From positions 110,514-174,513 of the forward strand of contig CALXVM010000001.1 in the NCBI GenBank assembly GCA_944392105.1: DNA of 64,000 nt. Direction: 5' to 3'. Each line of letters starts with the position of its first letter. Position 1 is the stretch's first letter. This document shows, in pieces, positions 10,148 to 18,836 of this stretch. This stretch comes from an uncultured Clostridia bacterium. Lineage in GTDB: Bacteria; Bacillota; Clostridia; TANB77; CAG-508. The notes beneath the pieces were generated by a model that saw only the letters and a program-made list of their open reading frames with translations, searched no databases and was not told the origin of the DNA. The position numbers and the translations under genes are program-made.

Positions 10148-10464
10148 AAGAATTCCTCCTAAAAGTCCGAAAAGTTTAAAATTTTCAATGTACAGTGAAT
10201 GCTAGAAAGCCAATCCCTCCTATATATAAAAACTTTATATATAAACATATTGTAAGGAGCAAAAAAGCTCAACTTCCAATATGGAAATGCATTGTGGTCA
10301 TTAGACCAAAACGCTAAGCGATGCTTAAAATAAAAGCAATACTAGTATAATTATAGCACAAATATTGGAAATAAGCAATTAACATAACTACACAAATATT
10401 TTATGTGAATAAATTAATAAATTGTGGAAATACTAAAGAAAAAATTAGGTTTACAGTGATTATT

Positions 10465-10812
10465 ATGTGGAAAAAATTAATAATTGGTTTAATTGCAGGA
10501 ATTATAAGTGGATTTTTTTCAGCAGGTGGAGGACTTATTTTAGTTCCTTCATTTGTGTACTTTTTAAATATGGACGAAAAAAAAGCAAGGGCTACTTCGC
10601 TTTTTTGTATACTTCCAATGGTATTAGTAACAGCATTTTTTTATGGAAAAAATAACTTTATACATTGGAATATAGGAATAAAATGTGCAATAGGAGGAGT
10701 AATAGGCGGAATTATAGGAGCAAAATTACTTACAAAAATACCAAATAAATATTTAAAAATTATATTTGCATTATTTTTAGTATATGCGGGAATTAACATG
10801 ATTATAAAGTAA
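10465..10812 (+). CDS. Half-size TauE/SafE (DUF81) family anion exporter, first half
   Basis: Gly-rich TM segments LIIGLIAGIISGFFSAGGGLILVP and GGVIGGIIGAKLL, typical of TauE repeats. Confidence 0.55.
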   Translation: MWKKLIIGLIAGIISGFFSAGGGLILVPSFVYFLNMDEKKARATSLFCILPMVLVTAFFYGKNNFIHWNIGIKCAIGGVIGGIIGAKLLTKIPNKYLKIIFALFLVYAGINMIIK

Positions 10813-11099
10813 AACTTTTAATAAGAAAGATATTAAATATATTTATTGATTTAAGGAAAATTAAAAGACATATAGAATTTATTTTATCTATTTCTTCCTG
10901 CTAATTTTTTAATTTTAAGTAATCTGTACCGTATTCTTCTTGTTTATTTTAAGTAATTCTAAAATAATAGTTACGGTTAAATATTATAACCTATAAATAA
11001 TATCAATCACTAAAAAATAAAATTGATAAATATTAGAAGCTTAATTAATAAATTACAAGGTTAAATATTAAAAGAATAAAAAGGATATAATTAATAAAT

Positions 11100-11492
11100 A
11101 TGATAGAAGTTTTAATAGGATTAATTTCAGGGATTATAAGTGGAACGGGAATGGGAGGAGGAACTATTTTAATATTACTCCTTTCTATATTTATGGGACT
11201 AGACCAACATGTGGCACAAGCTACTAATTTAGTATTCTTTGTGCCTACTGCAATTGCTGCAATTTTTATTAGTTTAAAAAAGAAAATTATAGATTTAAGA
11301 GCAGGAGTAGTAGTAATAATAGTAGGAGTTGTGGGAGCTACAATAGGAGCTATAATTTCTAGTAAAATGAACGTTAATTTATTAAAAAAATTTTTTGGAA
11401 TTTTTTTACTCATTATAGCAATTTATGAAATTTATTCTTGGTATAAGATGTATATAAAGAAAAAAATAAGACATACTAAAGTTAAGAAATAA
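11100..11492 (+). CDS. Half-size TauE/SafE (DUF81) family anion exporter, second half
   Basis: GLISGIISGTGMGGGTILILLL... It pairs with the preceding half-size gene. Confidence 0.55.
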   Translation: MIEVLIGLISGIISGTGMGGGTILILLLSIFMGLDQHVAQATNLVFFVPTAIAAIFISLKKKIIDLRAGVVVIIVGVVGATIGAIISSKMNVNLLKKFFGIFLLIIAIYEIYSWYKMYIKKKIRHTKVKK

Positions 11493-11537
11493 AAATTTTC
11501 AAAATTACAAAAATATATAAAATAAGGAGGAATTTAA

Positions 11538-11678
11538 ATGAAATTTGTTAAAGGTATGTTAGTAGGAGGATTATTATCTGCAGGAGTTGCTATGATTTAT
11601 GCAGGAACTATGGAACAGAATAAAAAGAAAGTTATGAAAAAGGGAAAACAATTTGCTAGAAAATTAGGTATAATGTAA
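11538..11678 (+). CDS. Small 46-aa protein with one transmembrane segment (MKFVKGMLVGGLLSAGVAMIYAG...)
   Basis: Perfect AAGGAGG site 7 nt upstream of the ATG. It was missed by the ORF track, which skips short ORFs. Confidence 0.5.
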   Translation: MKFVKGMLVGGLLSAGVAMIYAGTMEQNKKKVMKKGKQFARKLGIM

Positions 11679-12047
11679 CAATAAAAGCTATATAAAAAAT
11701 TGCAGACACAAAATAAACATAAAAATTAGTTTCTATGTAAAGAAAAGAGGTTCCAGAGCAAGCTAAGTAAAGAGTTGAATGTTTTTAGAAGTATTTTTAG
11801 TATATAGAATAATTTGTGTAAAGTTCAAGGTTAACATAAATTTTCTAACATCCTAACTTTTAGCTTAAGTTTGCTAGGAAACTCTTTTTTTATTTATATT
11901 AAAAAAATCATAAAAAAGTAAAATTTTGAACAGGCTGTTGGCAAAGTAAAAAACTTAGTCAATAACCTGGAAAAATTTAGAGTTTTTGTATTTTTATTAA
12001 TTATTTAATAAATTCATGTTAAAGCCTGAATTTAAAAGCTTAAATAA

Positions 12048-12521
12048 TTAGCAATCTTTTTCTGTTTTACATGGACATTCAGGTTTGCAATGTTCAGGCT
12101 TACATGGAAGCTCTGGCTTGCAAGGTTTATCTGGTTTACATGGTGGACAATCTAATTTTATTCCTTTTAAACATTTTCCTTCATGTTTTCCTTCTACGCA
12201 AACTTTACAATGTTTTACTTCATCAACCCAAATGTTTATCTCATAATATCTATTTGCACATAGTGGTCCAAATACAAATTCACCGTTCTTGTCTGTAAAA
12301 GTATGAGAAACAGGTCTTCTTTCTTCTTTTCCACAATCGCAAACAACTTCTACTAGTTTAACAACTGCATTATCTACAGGGTCACCATAACAATCCTTAA
12401 CAATTCCATATATAACACTGCGGTCATCACATGGTAAAGTAATGTCTAAGTCAAATTGCTTTCCTGTTGCTAAAACACCATCTACATTAACAACTGGGCA
12501 AATTCCCTTATCATATTCCAT
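12048..12521 (-). CDS. Cysteine-rich protein with C-terminal CKP(D/E) repeats; possibly a spore coat or exosporium protein
   Basis: AAAGGAGG site 8 nt upstream of the ATG at 12521. C-terminus reads CPPCKPDKPCKPELPCKPEHCKPECPCKTEKDC. The long N-terminal extension in the ORF track lacks a ribosome-binding site and is low complexity. Confidence 0.55.
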   Translation of the reverse strand: MEYDKGICPVVNVDGVLATGKQFDLDITLPCDDRSVIYGIVKDCYGDPVDNAVVKLVEVVCDCGKEERRPVSHTFTDKNGEFVFGPLCANRYYEINIWVDEVKHCKVCVEGKHEGKCLKGIKLDCPPCKPDKPCKPELPCKPEHCKPECPCKTEKDC

Positions 12522-12672
12522 TATAAATTCCTCCTTTTTAGTATTTATAATATATACTATTCGAATATAAATAAAATGTGACTTATTTCGACATAGAAGA
12601 AATTTAATTAATAAGGAATAAAAAGTGTAATTTATACATAATAATAAAATAGATTTTTTATATGGAGGAAAT

Positions 12673-12888
12673 ATGTTTTTGGTAATTAATAAAAATAAAA
12701 TATATACATATATTGTAACTATTTGCACAGTCGTTGTGCTATTTGTATTATCTTTTGCAATGCTAACTACAGATAATAACACAGTTGTTACATCTGGTAA
12801 TGTTATAAATGAGATGGAAAACGCAGACAGTATTACAAATATAATGAATAAAACAGATAATAATTTAGGGAACAATATGAATATGTAA
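12673..12888 (+). CDS. Small signal-anchored hypothetical protein
   Basis: GGAGG site 4-5 nt upstream of the start. Hydrophobic N-terminus. Divergent from the cysteine-rich gene. Confidence 0.35.
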   Translation: MFLVINKNKIYTYIVTICTVVVLFVLSFAMLTTDNNTVVTSGNVINEMENADSITNIMNKTDNNLGNNMNM

Positions 12889-13219
12889 CTATAATTTAGT
12901 AGATAAATATATAAACAATAATGTAGTAAAGTAAATAAGATGAACTATGCTGGCAAATAGAAAGGTATGTATAAAATGGATTTTAATGGATACAATTATA
13001 ATAGTTTTAGCACATAAGGGGTAATTTGAAATGTAAAACTTAAAGAGTTTTGGCAGTAAAAGGTAAATTATAAAAGTGAAATATTTTGTGGAAAAATAGA
13101 AAAATATAACATTTTATGTAGACAAAGTGAATATAAAGTGGTATAATATAAAATATGGCTGGGTTACAGCTTAAGAGATATTATAAATTTTAAGAAACAA
13201 ATAAGAGGAGGAAATTAAA

Positions 13220-13924
13220 TTGAATACTATTTATGAGGAGAATAACCATATTACATTAATGGGTAAAGTAACAAGCGAAAAAAGATTTAGTCACGAAATA
13301 TATGGAGAAAAATTCTATATATTTGACATTAGTGTACCACGTTTAAGTGGAAGTTCAGATATTATACCAGTTACAATATCTGAGAGATTATTAATAGGAG
13401 AGGACATAAAATTAGACAGTAAAGTAATTATTGATGGACAATTTAGATCATATAATAGCTACGAAAACGAAAAGAGCAGATTAGTACTTACAGTATTTGC
13501 AAAAGACATTAAACTTACAGAAAATCAAGACGAAGAAATAAAGGCTGGAAAAGACATAATTTCAAATGAAGTAACTTTAACAGGTTATATTTGTAAAAAA
13601 CCTATTTATCGTAAAACTCCATTTGGAAGAGAAATTGCAGATGTATTATTAGCAGTAAACAGAGCATATAACAAGTCAGACTATATTCCATGTATTGCAT
13701 GGGGAAGAAATGCTAGATTTTGCGAAAATATGCCAGTTGGAACAGAACTTAAAATAGTAGGAAGAGTTCAATCAAGAGCTTATGAGAAAAAACACGAGGA
13801 CGGAACAATTGAAAATAGAATGGCATATGAGGTTTCAGTAGGAAGCTTAGAAGTTGCAGGAGAAGGAACTACAACAAATAAGACAGAAGAAGATGCAGAA
13901 AACGAAAATAAAGAGGCTATGTAA
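13220..13924 (+). CDS. Tandem OB-fold protein resembling single-strand DNA-binding protein (SSB)
   Basis: Two repeats, each with an SSB-like pattern (ITLMGKV...; DYIPCIAWGRNARF...GRVQSRAYEKK...RMAYEVSV). An upstream promoter TAGACA, 17 nt, TG-TATAAT lies at about 13113-13147. Confidence 0.5.
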   Translation: MNTIYEENNHITLMGKVTSEKRFSHEIYGEKFYIFDISVPRLSGSSDIIPVTISERLLIGEDIKLDSKVIIDGQFRSYNSYENEKSRLVLTVFAKDIKLTENQDEEIKAGKDIISNEVTLTGYICKKPIYRKTPFGREIADVLLAVNRAYNKSDYIPCIAWGRNARFCENMPVGTELKIVGRVQSRAYEKKHEDGTIENRMAYEVSVGSLEVAGEGTTTNKTEEDAENENKEAM

Positions 13925-13952
13925 TAGATTATTAAAATAAGATTATCAAAAA

Positions 13953-13990
13953 TAAAAAATTCAGCTAGTTCAGCTGAATTTTTTATTTTT
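13953..13990. terminator. Bidirectional rho-independent terminator
   Basis: A-run, then aattcagct-agttc-agctgaatt, then a T-run. Sits between convergent genes. Confidence 0.7.
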
Positions 13991-14165
13991 TCTCTTCTGG
14001 AATAATTATTTTATCTTTTTTTGGTTTCTCATGTGGTTTTTCAATATCTATGTGTTCACGTACTGGAGAAATGTTTAAACCATCTCCATCTCCTGAAATA
14101 ATTTGAATTTCCTTTTTTTCAGGAGTTTCATTTATATTTTCTAAATCTTCATTTGAACTGTTCAT
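13983..14165 (-). CDS. Small acidic hypothetical protein
   Basis: AGGTGG site 8 nt upstream of the ATG (MNSSNEDLEN...). Confidence 0.4.
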   Translation of the reverse strand: MNSSNEDLENINETPEKKEIQIISGDGDGLNISPVREHIDIEKPHEKPKKDKIIIPEEKK

Positions 14166-14226
14166 AAAACGCACCACCTATCTAATAATTTTTTATAATA
14201 TAACATAAAAGAAATAAATATTCAAG

Positions 14227-14351
14227 ACGAAGATGTCACTGGGGACGAAGTTGTCACTGGGGACGGAGATTTTTGACAACCTTTTTGCTTTTTGATTTTT
14301 GATTTCTCGTAAAAGTGGTCAAAAATCTCCGTCCCCAGTGACAACTTCGTC
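14227..14351. repeat. Large palindromic element: a perfect 34-bp inverted repeat (14244-14277 and 14318-14351) around a 40-nt spacer, plus a 21-nt direct repeat. Assigned to repeat family B, whose core is GTTGTCActGGGGACGGAGatTTTTGACAAC.
   Basis: gacgaagttgtcactggggacggagatttttgac has its exact reverse complement at gtcaaaaatctccgtccccagtgacaacttcgtc. Related copies occur at 46860-46962. Confidence 0.8.
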
Positions 14352-14433
14352 TCCACGCTCCAAAAGTTTACTCTTGAAAGGGATTAAAAAATATGGTATT
14401 ATATAAAATAGTTTTAAGAAAAGAGAAATTGTT

Positions 14434-15051
14434 ATGGAAGAGTTAGATAAATATTGGGATAATATTCATAAAAACTATACATCTTGCTATGATGGGTGGT
14501 TAGATAAATATATAGACTTGTTAAAAAATGATGACGTAATAGTAGAGCTTGGATGTGGAAGAGCGTATGCTAGTAATTATTTAATGGAGCAAGGTTTTAG
14601 AGATATTACTGCCTGCGATTTTTCAGAGGAAGCTTTAAAAGTGGTAAGAGAAGAAAATAAAAATTTAAAAACTATGAATTTCGACATGAGTAAAGGATTG
14701 CCTTTTAATGATAATTCTATAGATATTATAATAGCAGATTTGAGTTTACATTATTTTAATAATAAGACAACTCAATATATAATTAATGAAATATATAGAG
14801 TTTTAAAAAATGATGGATATGTTATAGGAAGAGTAAACGAATTAAAGGAAATAGAAAAACTAAATAAAGGTAGTGTAAAAATTGAAGAAAATTTTTACTA
14901 TGAAGAACCGATTTATAAAAGATTTTTTGACAAAGAATGTTTAGAAAAATATTTTAATAAATTTGAAATATATAGAATTTCAGAAGAAAGAATGGATAGA
15001 TATGAAAAGCCGAAAGTTTTACTTGAGTTTTGTATGATGAAGAGCAAATAA
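14434..15051 (+). CDS. Class I SAM-dependent methyltransferase
   Basis: VIVELGCGRAYASNYL, a glycine-rich SAM motif. Confidence 0.65.
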   Translation: MEELDKYWDNIHKNYTSCYDGWLDKYIDLLKNDDVIVELGCGRAYASNYLMEQGFRDITACDFSEEALKVVREENKNLKTMNFDMSKGLPFNDNSIDIIIADLSLHYFNNKTTQYIINEIYRVLKNDGYVIGRVNELKEIEKLNKGSVKIEENFYYEEPIYKRFFDKECLEKYFNKFEIYRISEERMDRYEKPKVLLEFCMMKSK

Positions 15052-15073
15052 ATATAACTAGGAAGTGTGATAA

Positions 15074-15694
15074 ATGGAAAAAGAAAGAATAATGGGGATT
15101 ATAGAGTCAATCTTATTTGCAGCAGGAAGGGAAGTAACTATAAAAGAGCTTATGACAGTATTAGAAGCTGAATCTAGCGATATAATAAACTTTGTAAATG
15201 AGATGAAAGAAAAGTACGAAAACGAAGATAGAGGAATACAAATAATAAATGTAGATGGTGCATATCAATTATGTACTAAAAAACAAAATTACGATTATAT
15301 ATGTCAAATATTTGATAAAAGAGCTAAATTGCAATTATCACAATCAGCAATGGAGACTTTATCTATTATTGCATATAATCCAAGAATTACAAGAGCTGAA
15401 ATAGAGGCAATAAGAGGAGTAAGCTCAGATGGCGTAATTTATAAACTATTGGACTATAACTTAATTGCAGAAACAGGTAAACTAGATGCTCCAGGTAGAC
15501 CGACAACTTTTTCTACAACAAACGAATTTTTAAAAATGTTTGGACTTTCAAGTTTAAAAGATTTACCAGAACTTCCGAGATATAAGTTAGATAGTAATAA
15601 ACAGATTGTAATAGATGACTTAGTAAATGGAGAGGCAGGAGAGACTACTGGAGAGCTAGAAGTCCCGGGAAAGAGCGAGGATACTGAAAATTAA
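15074..15694 (+). CDS. scpB: Segregation and condensation protein B
   Basis: N-terminus MEKERIMGIIESILFAAGREVTIKEL, typical of ScpB. Confidence 0.8.
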   Translation: MEKERIMGIIESILFAAGREVTIKELMTVLEAESSDIINFVNEMKEKYENEDRGIQIINVDGAYQLCTKKQNYDYICQIFDKRAKLQLSQSAMETLSIIAYNPRITRAEIEAIRGVSSDGVIYKLLDYNLIAETGKLDAPGRPTTFSTTNEFLKMFGLSSLKDLPELPRYKLDSNKQIVIDDLVNGEAGETTGELEVPGKSEDTEN

Positions 15695-15765
15695 ATATTA
15701 ACAAAAATTTAAAGAAAGGAGAGTATGGTTTATTTAAATTATTAAATATATCATACAAAAATATT

Positions 15766-17199
15766 ATGGATAAAGAATATGTTAAAGAGCTTACAAATAT
15801 AGAAGAAGATTTTGCTCAGTGGTATACAGATATAGTTTTAAAAGCTGAGCTTGCAGACTATACAGATACAAAAGGATGTATAGCTATAAAACCATATGGA
15901 TATGCTATATGGGAAAATATACAAAAATATACAGATGACTTATTTAAAAAAGCAGGAGTTAAAAATGTATATTTCCCAATATTAATTCCAGAAAGTTTAC
16001 TACAAAAGGAGAAGGACCATGTAGAAGGGTTTGCACCAGAAGTAGCAATGGTAACAGAGGCTGGAGGAGAGCCACTAGAAGAAAAACTTGTAGTAAGACC
16101 AACTTCTGAAACAATGTTTTCAACACTTTACTCTAAGTGGATTAGCTCTTGGAGAGATTTACCAGTAGTTTATAATCAATGGTGTAATGTATTAAGATGG
16201 GAAAAAGAAACAAGACCATTTTTACGTTCACGTGAATTCTTGTGGCAAGAAGGTCATACAATTCATGCTACAGAAAAAGAAGCAAGAGAACGCACAATAC
16301 AAATGCTTGAAATTTATGCACAGGTTGTAGAAGATTTGTTAGCAATACCAGTATTAAAAGGAGAAAAAACACCAAGTGAAAAGTTTGCAGGGGCAGAAAA
16401 CACATATACAATAGAAACTTTGATGCATGACGGAAGAGCTCTTCAATCAGGAACTTCACATTATTTTGGTCAAAACTTCACAAAACCATTTAATATAAAA
16501 TTCCAAAACAAAGAAGGAAAAGAAGAATATGGCTATCAAACTTCATGGGGAATTAGTACAAGATTACTTGGTGGAGTTATTATGGCACATGGAGATGATA
16601 GAGGATTAAAACTACCTCCAAAAGTTGCACCAATACAGATTGTTATAGTTCCAGTTGCAGCACATAAAGAGGGCGTTGTAGAAAAAGCAACAGAACTAAA
16701 AAATGAGCTAGAAGAAAAGTTCCGTGTAGAATTAGATTTAAGAGACAATTACTCAACAGGATATAAATTTAATTATTGGGAATTAAGAGGAGTACCAGTA
16801 AGAATAGAAATAGGTCCTAGAGATATAGAAAATGAGCAATGCGTTGTAGTTAGAAGAGACACCTTAGAAAAACAAGTTGTAAAATTAGATGAACTATCTA
16901 AAAAAATAGAAGAATTATTAAAAGAAATTCAAAAGCATATGTATGACGAATGTGTAGAAAGAGTAAAAAGAAAAACAACAACTGCAACAAACATGGAAGA
17001 ATTTGAAAAAAATCTTAAAGAAAATCAAGGATATGTTAAAGCAATGTGGTGTGGAGACGAAGCTTGCGAAGACAAGATAAAAGAACTTACAGGAGCTAAA
17101 TCTAGATGCATTCCATTTGAGCAAGAGCATATATCAGATAAATGTGTATGTTGTGGAAAACCAGCAACTACAATGGTTTACTGGGGTAGACAATATTAG
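15766..17199 (+). CDS. proS: Proline--tRNA ligase (archaeal/eukaryote-like type)
   Basis: MDKEYVKELTNIEEDFAQWYTDIVLKAELADY...; class II motifs; C-terminal zinc-binding CxxC...CxxC. Confidence 0.85.
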   Translation: MDKEYVKELTNIEEDFAQWYTDIVLKAELADYTDTKGCIAIKPYGYAIWENIQKYTDDLFKKAGVKNVYFPILIPESLLQKEKDHVEGFAPEVAMVTEAGGEPLEEKLVVRPTSETMFSTLYSKWISSWRDLPVVYNQWCNVLRWEKETRPFLRSREFLWQEGHTIHATEKEARERTIQMLEIYAQVVEDLLAIPVLKGEKTPSEKFAGAENTYTIETLMHDGRALQSGTSHYFGQNFTKPFNIKFQNKEGKEEYGYQTSWGISTRLLGGVIMAHGDDRGLKLPPKVAPIQIVIVPVAAHKEGVVEKATELKNELEEKFRVELDLRDNYSTGYKFNYWELRGVPVRIEIGPRDIENEQCVVVRRDTLEKQVVKLDELSKKIEELLKEIQKHMYDECVERVKRKTTTATNMEEFEKNLKENQGYVKAMWCGDEACEDKIKELTGAKSRCIPFEQEHISDKCVCCGKPATTMVYWGRQY

Positions 17200-17200
17200 T

Positions 17201-17227
17201 GGAAATTGGGACCAGGTCCCAATTTCC
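17201..17227. repeat. 27-bp perfect palindrome ggaaattgggacc-a-ggtcccaatttcc (repeat family A). It sits exactly between the convergent stop codons of proS and the next gene.
   Basis: Seen directly in the sequence; related to copies at 31671 and 44300. Confidence 0.8.
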
Positions 17228-17790
17228 TAAAACTTTTTATTAACTGTATTTAAAATTTCTGGATAAATTTTGTAGGCATTTGTTTTCCAATTGTCTACAA
17301 TTTTTTTTGCTTCATCACGTGAACCACAGAATATTTTTAGCTCAAATATACATTTACTGTTTTCGTTTATTTTGCAAGTCACAGTATATTCAGTTTCACT
17401 CTTGGGAGTAAACTCAGCAATTACAGATTCTTGTTCTTTGGTTGCTGAAATTTCATTTTTTAAGTTAATATCAACTTTAAGTTTTATTATTCCAGGTAAC
17501 ATGTCTATAGTTAAATGTAAAGCTTCTCTACCTGAGTCTGTTATTTCATAGACATCTTTAGTATCTTTTTTATATCCTTTAATGTAATTTAATTGTATTA
17601 AGTCTAGCAAAAATTGTTGAAAGTAAAAATAGTTCATATCTTGTGTTGAAAGAATTATTCTGTATAAGTTTGCATTATCTATTGGTGCATATAGTTTGTC
17701 TAAAATGTATAGTATTAGTATTTTATTTTCTGCTAATGTTTCATTGTCTGATGAAAGTTTCACTTCGCTCACTCCTAAATATTTTTTCAT
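17227..17790 (-). CDS. Hypothetical protein
   Basis: ORF with MKKYLGVSEVKL...; no confident domain assignment. Confidence 0.4.
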   Translation of the reverse strand: MKKYLGVSEVKLSSDNETLAENKILILYILDKLYAPIDNANLYRIILSTQDMNYFYFQQFLLDLIQLNYIKGYKKDTKDVYEITDSGREALHLTIDMLPGIIKLKVDINLKNEISATKEQESVIAEFTPKSETEYTVTCKINENSKCIFELKIFCGSRDEAKKIVDNWKTNAYKIYPEILNTVNKKF

Positions 17791-17877
17791 CATTATAACA
17801 CAAATTATTAATAAATACTATCATTTTTTTATTAAAAATGTTATACTTTACTAAGATTGTTTTATTATGGGGGAAAG

Positions 17878-18591
17878 ATGAAAAAAACACTATATGATAT
17901 ATTAGAAGTTAGTGAAAAGGCTTCTAAGGAGGTAATAGATAAAGCATATAAGGTTCTTGCTAAAAAGTATCATCCAGATTTGCAGGCAGAAGAAAATAAA
18001 AGTAAAGCGGAAGCAAAAATGAAGGAAATAAATGAGGCATATAATGTTTTAAGTGATGACGCGGCAAGGGAAAAGTATGATGAGGAACTTGCAAGTGAAA
18101 GAGAAGTAGAAAAGCAAGAAAACTTAAGAAAACAGCAAAGTATGTATTCAGACATGGCTCACAGTGACCAAAATAACTATAATATGTACAATTCGCAGGC
18201 AACACAAGGAAATATAAAGAGTGACAAAGACTTACAAAAAAATATGCAGGAGGCATTAAAAAGACAACAAGAAGATTTAAGAAGGCAACAAGAAGCATAT
18301 ATTAAACAACAGGAAGAGATGGAAAAACAATATAATAATGCATATTATAAGTATTTAAAGAGCTTAGGGTATAAAGTAAAATTTAAGTGGACTTGGAAAC
18401 AATATTTAACATTACTTATAGTAATAGTGGTGCTAATTGTTATAGGGCTTATTTTATGGATTATCCCGCCAACACATGATTGGATGTTAGGTTTATATAA
18501 TAACAATATATTTATAAAAACAGTAGTAAATATATTTATAGGTATCTTTAATGGAATAGGAAAAATGATTTCTGGACTATTTAGCAATTAG
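17878..18591 (+). CDS. J-domain (DnaJ-like) protein with a C-terminal transmembrane anchor
   Basis: [29 protein letters not shown] (HPD motif). C-terminal hydrophobic helix [20 protein letters not shown]. Confidence 0.7.
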   Translation: MKKTLYDILEVSEKASKEVIDKAYKVLAKKYHPDLQAEENKSKAEAKMKEINEAYNVLSDDAAREKYDEELASEREVEKQENLRKQQSMYSDMAHSDQNNYNMYNSQATQGNIKSDKDLQKNMQEALKRQQEDLRRQQEAYIKQQEEMEKQYNNAYYKYLKSLGYKVKFKWTWKQYLTLLIVIVVLIVIGLILWIIPPTHDWMLGLYNNNIFIKTVVNIFIGIFNGIGKMISGLFSN

Positions 18592-18836
18592 TATAATAAA
18601 TATTAACAAAAGCAAAATTATTAATATATAGATTGAATAAAAAAGAGAAGGTGAAAAAATAACACAAATATTAAATAGAGAAAATTTAAAAAAGTAAGAT
18701 AAAAATAGAAATATAAAAAATATATTAAATTTATAAAATTACATATTGAATAAATATTTTAATTTAGTATATAATTATTTATAAGTACAAGCTTGAATAA
18801 TAAAATATTCAAGCTTAATTTTTTAGGAGGGATATT

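Noticed and set aside
12522-12875. 118-aa N-terminal extension of the cysteine-rich protein ORF (track entry 12048..12875)
   Set aside because: The extension is AT-rich low-complexity read-through of the intergenic region. A perfect AAAGGAGG site and ATG at 12521 define the real start.
16268-17130. Several 60-70-aa minus-strand ORFs inside proS, and similar antisense ORFs inside clpC, pheT, ctpA, mscS, sipL and the ABC genes
   Set aside because: They are fully embedded antisense to strongly supported genes, with low-complexity translations and no ribosome-binding sites.
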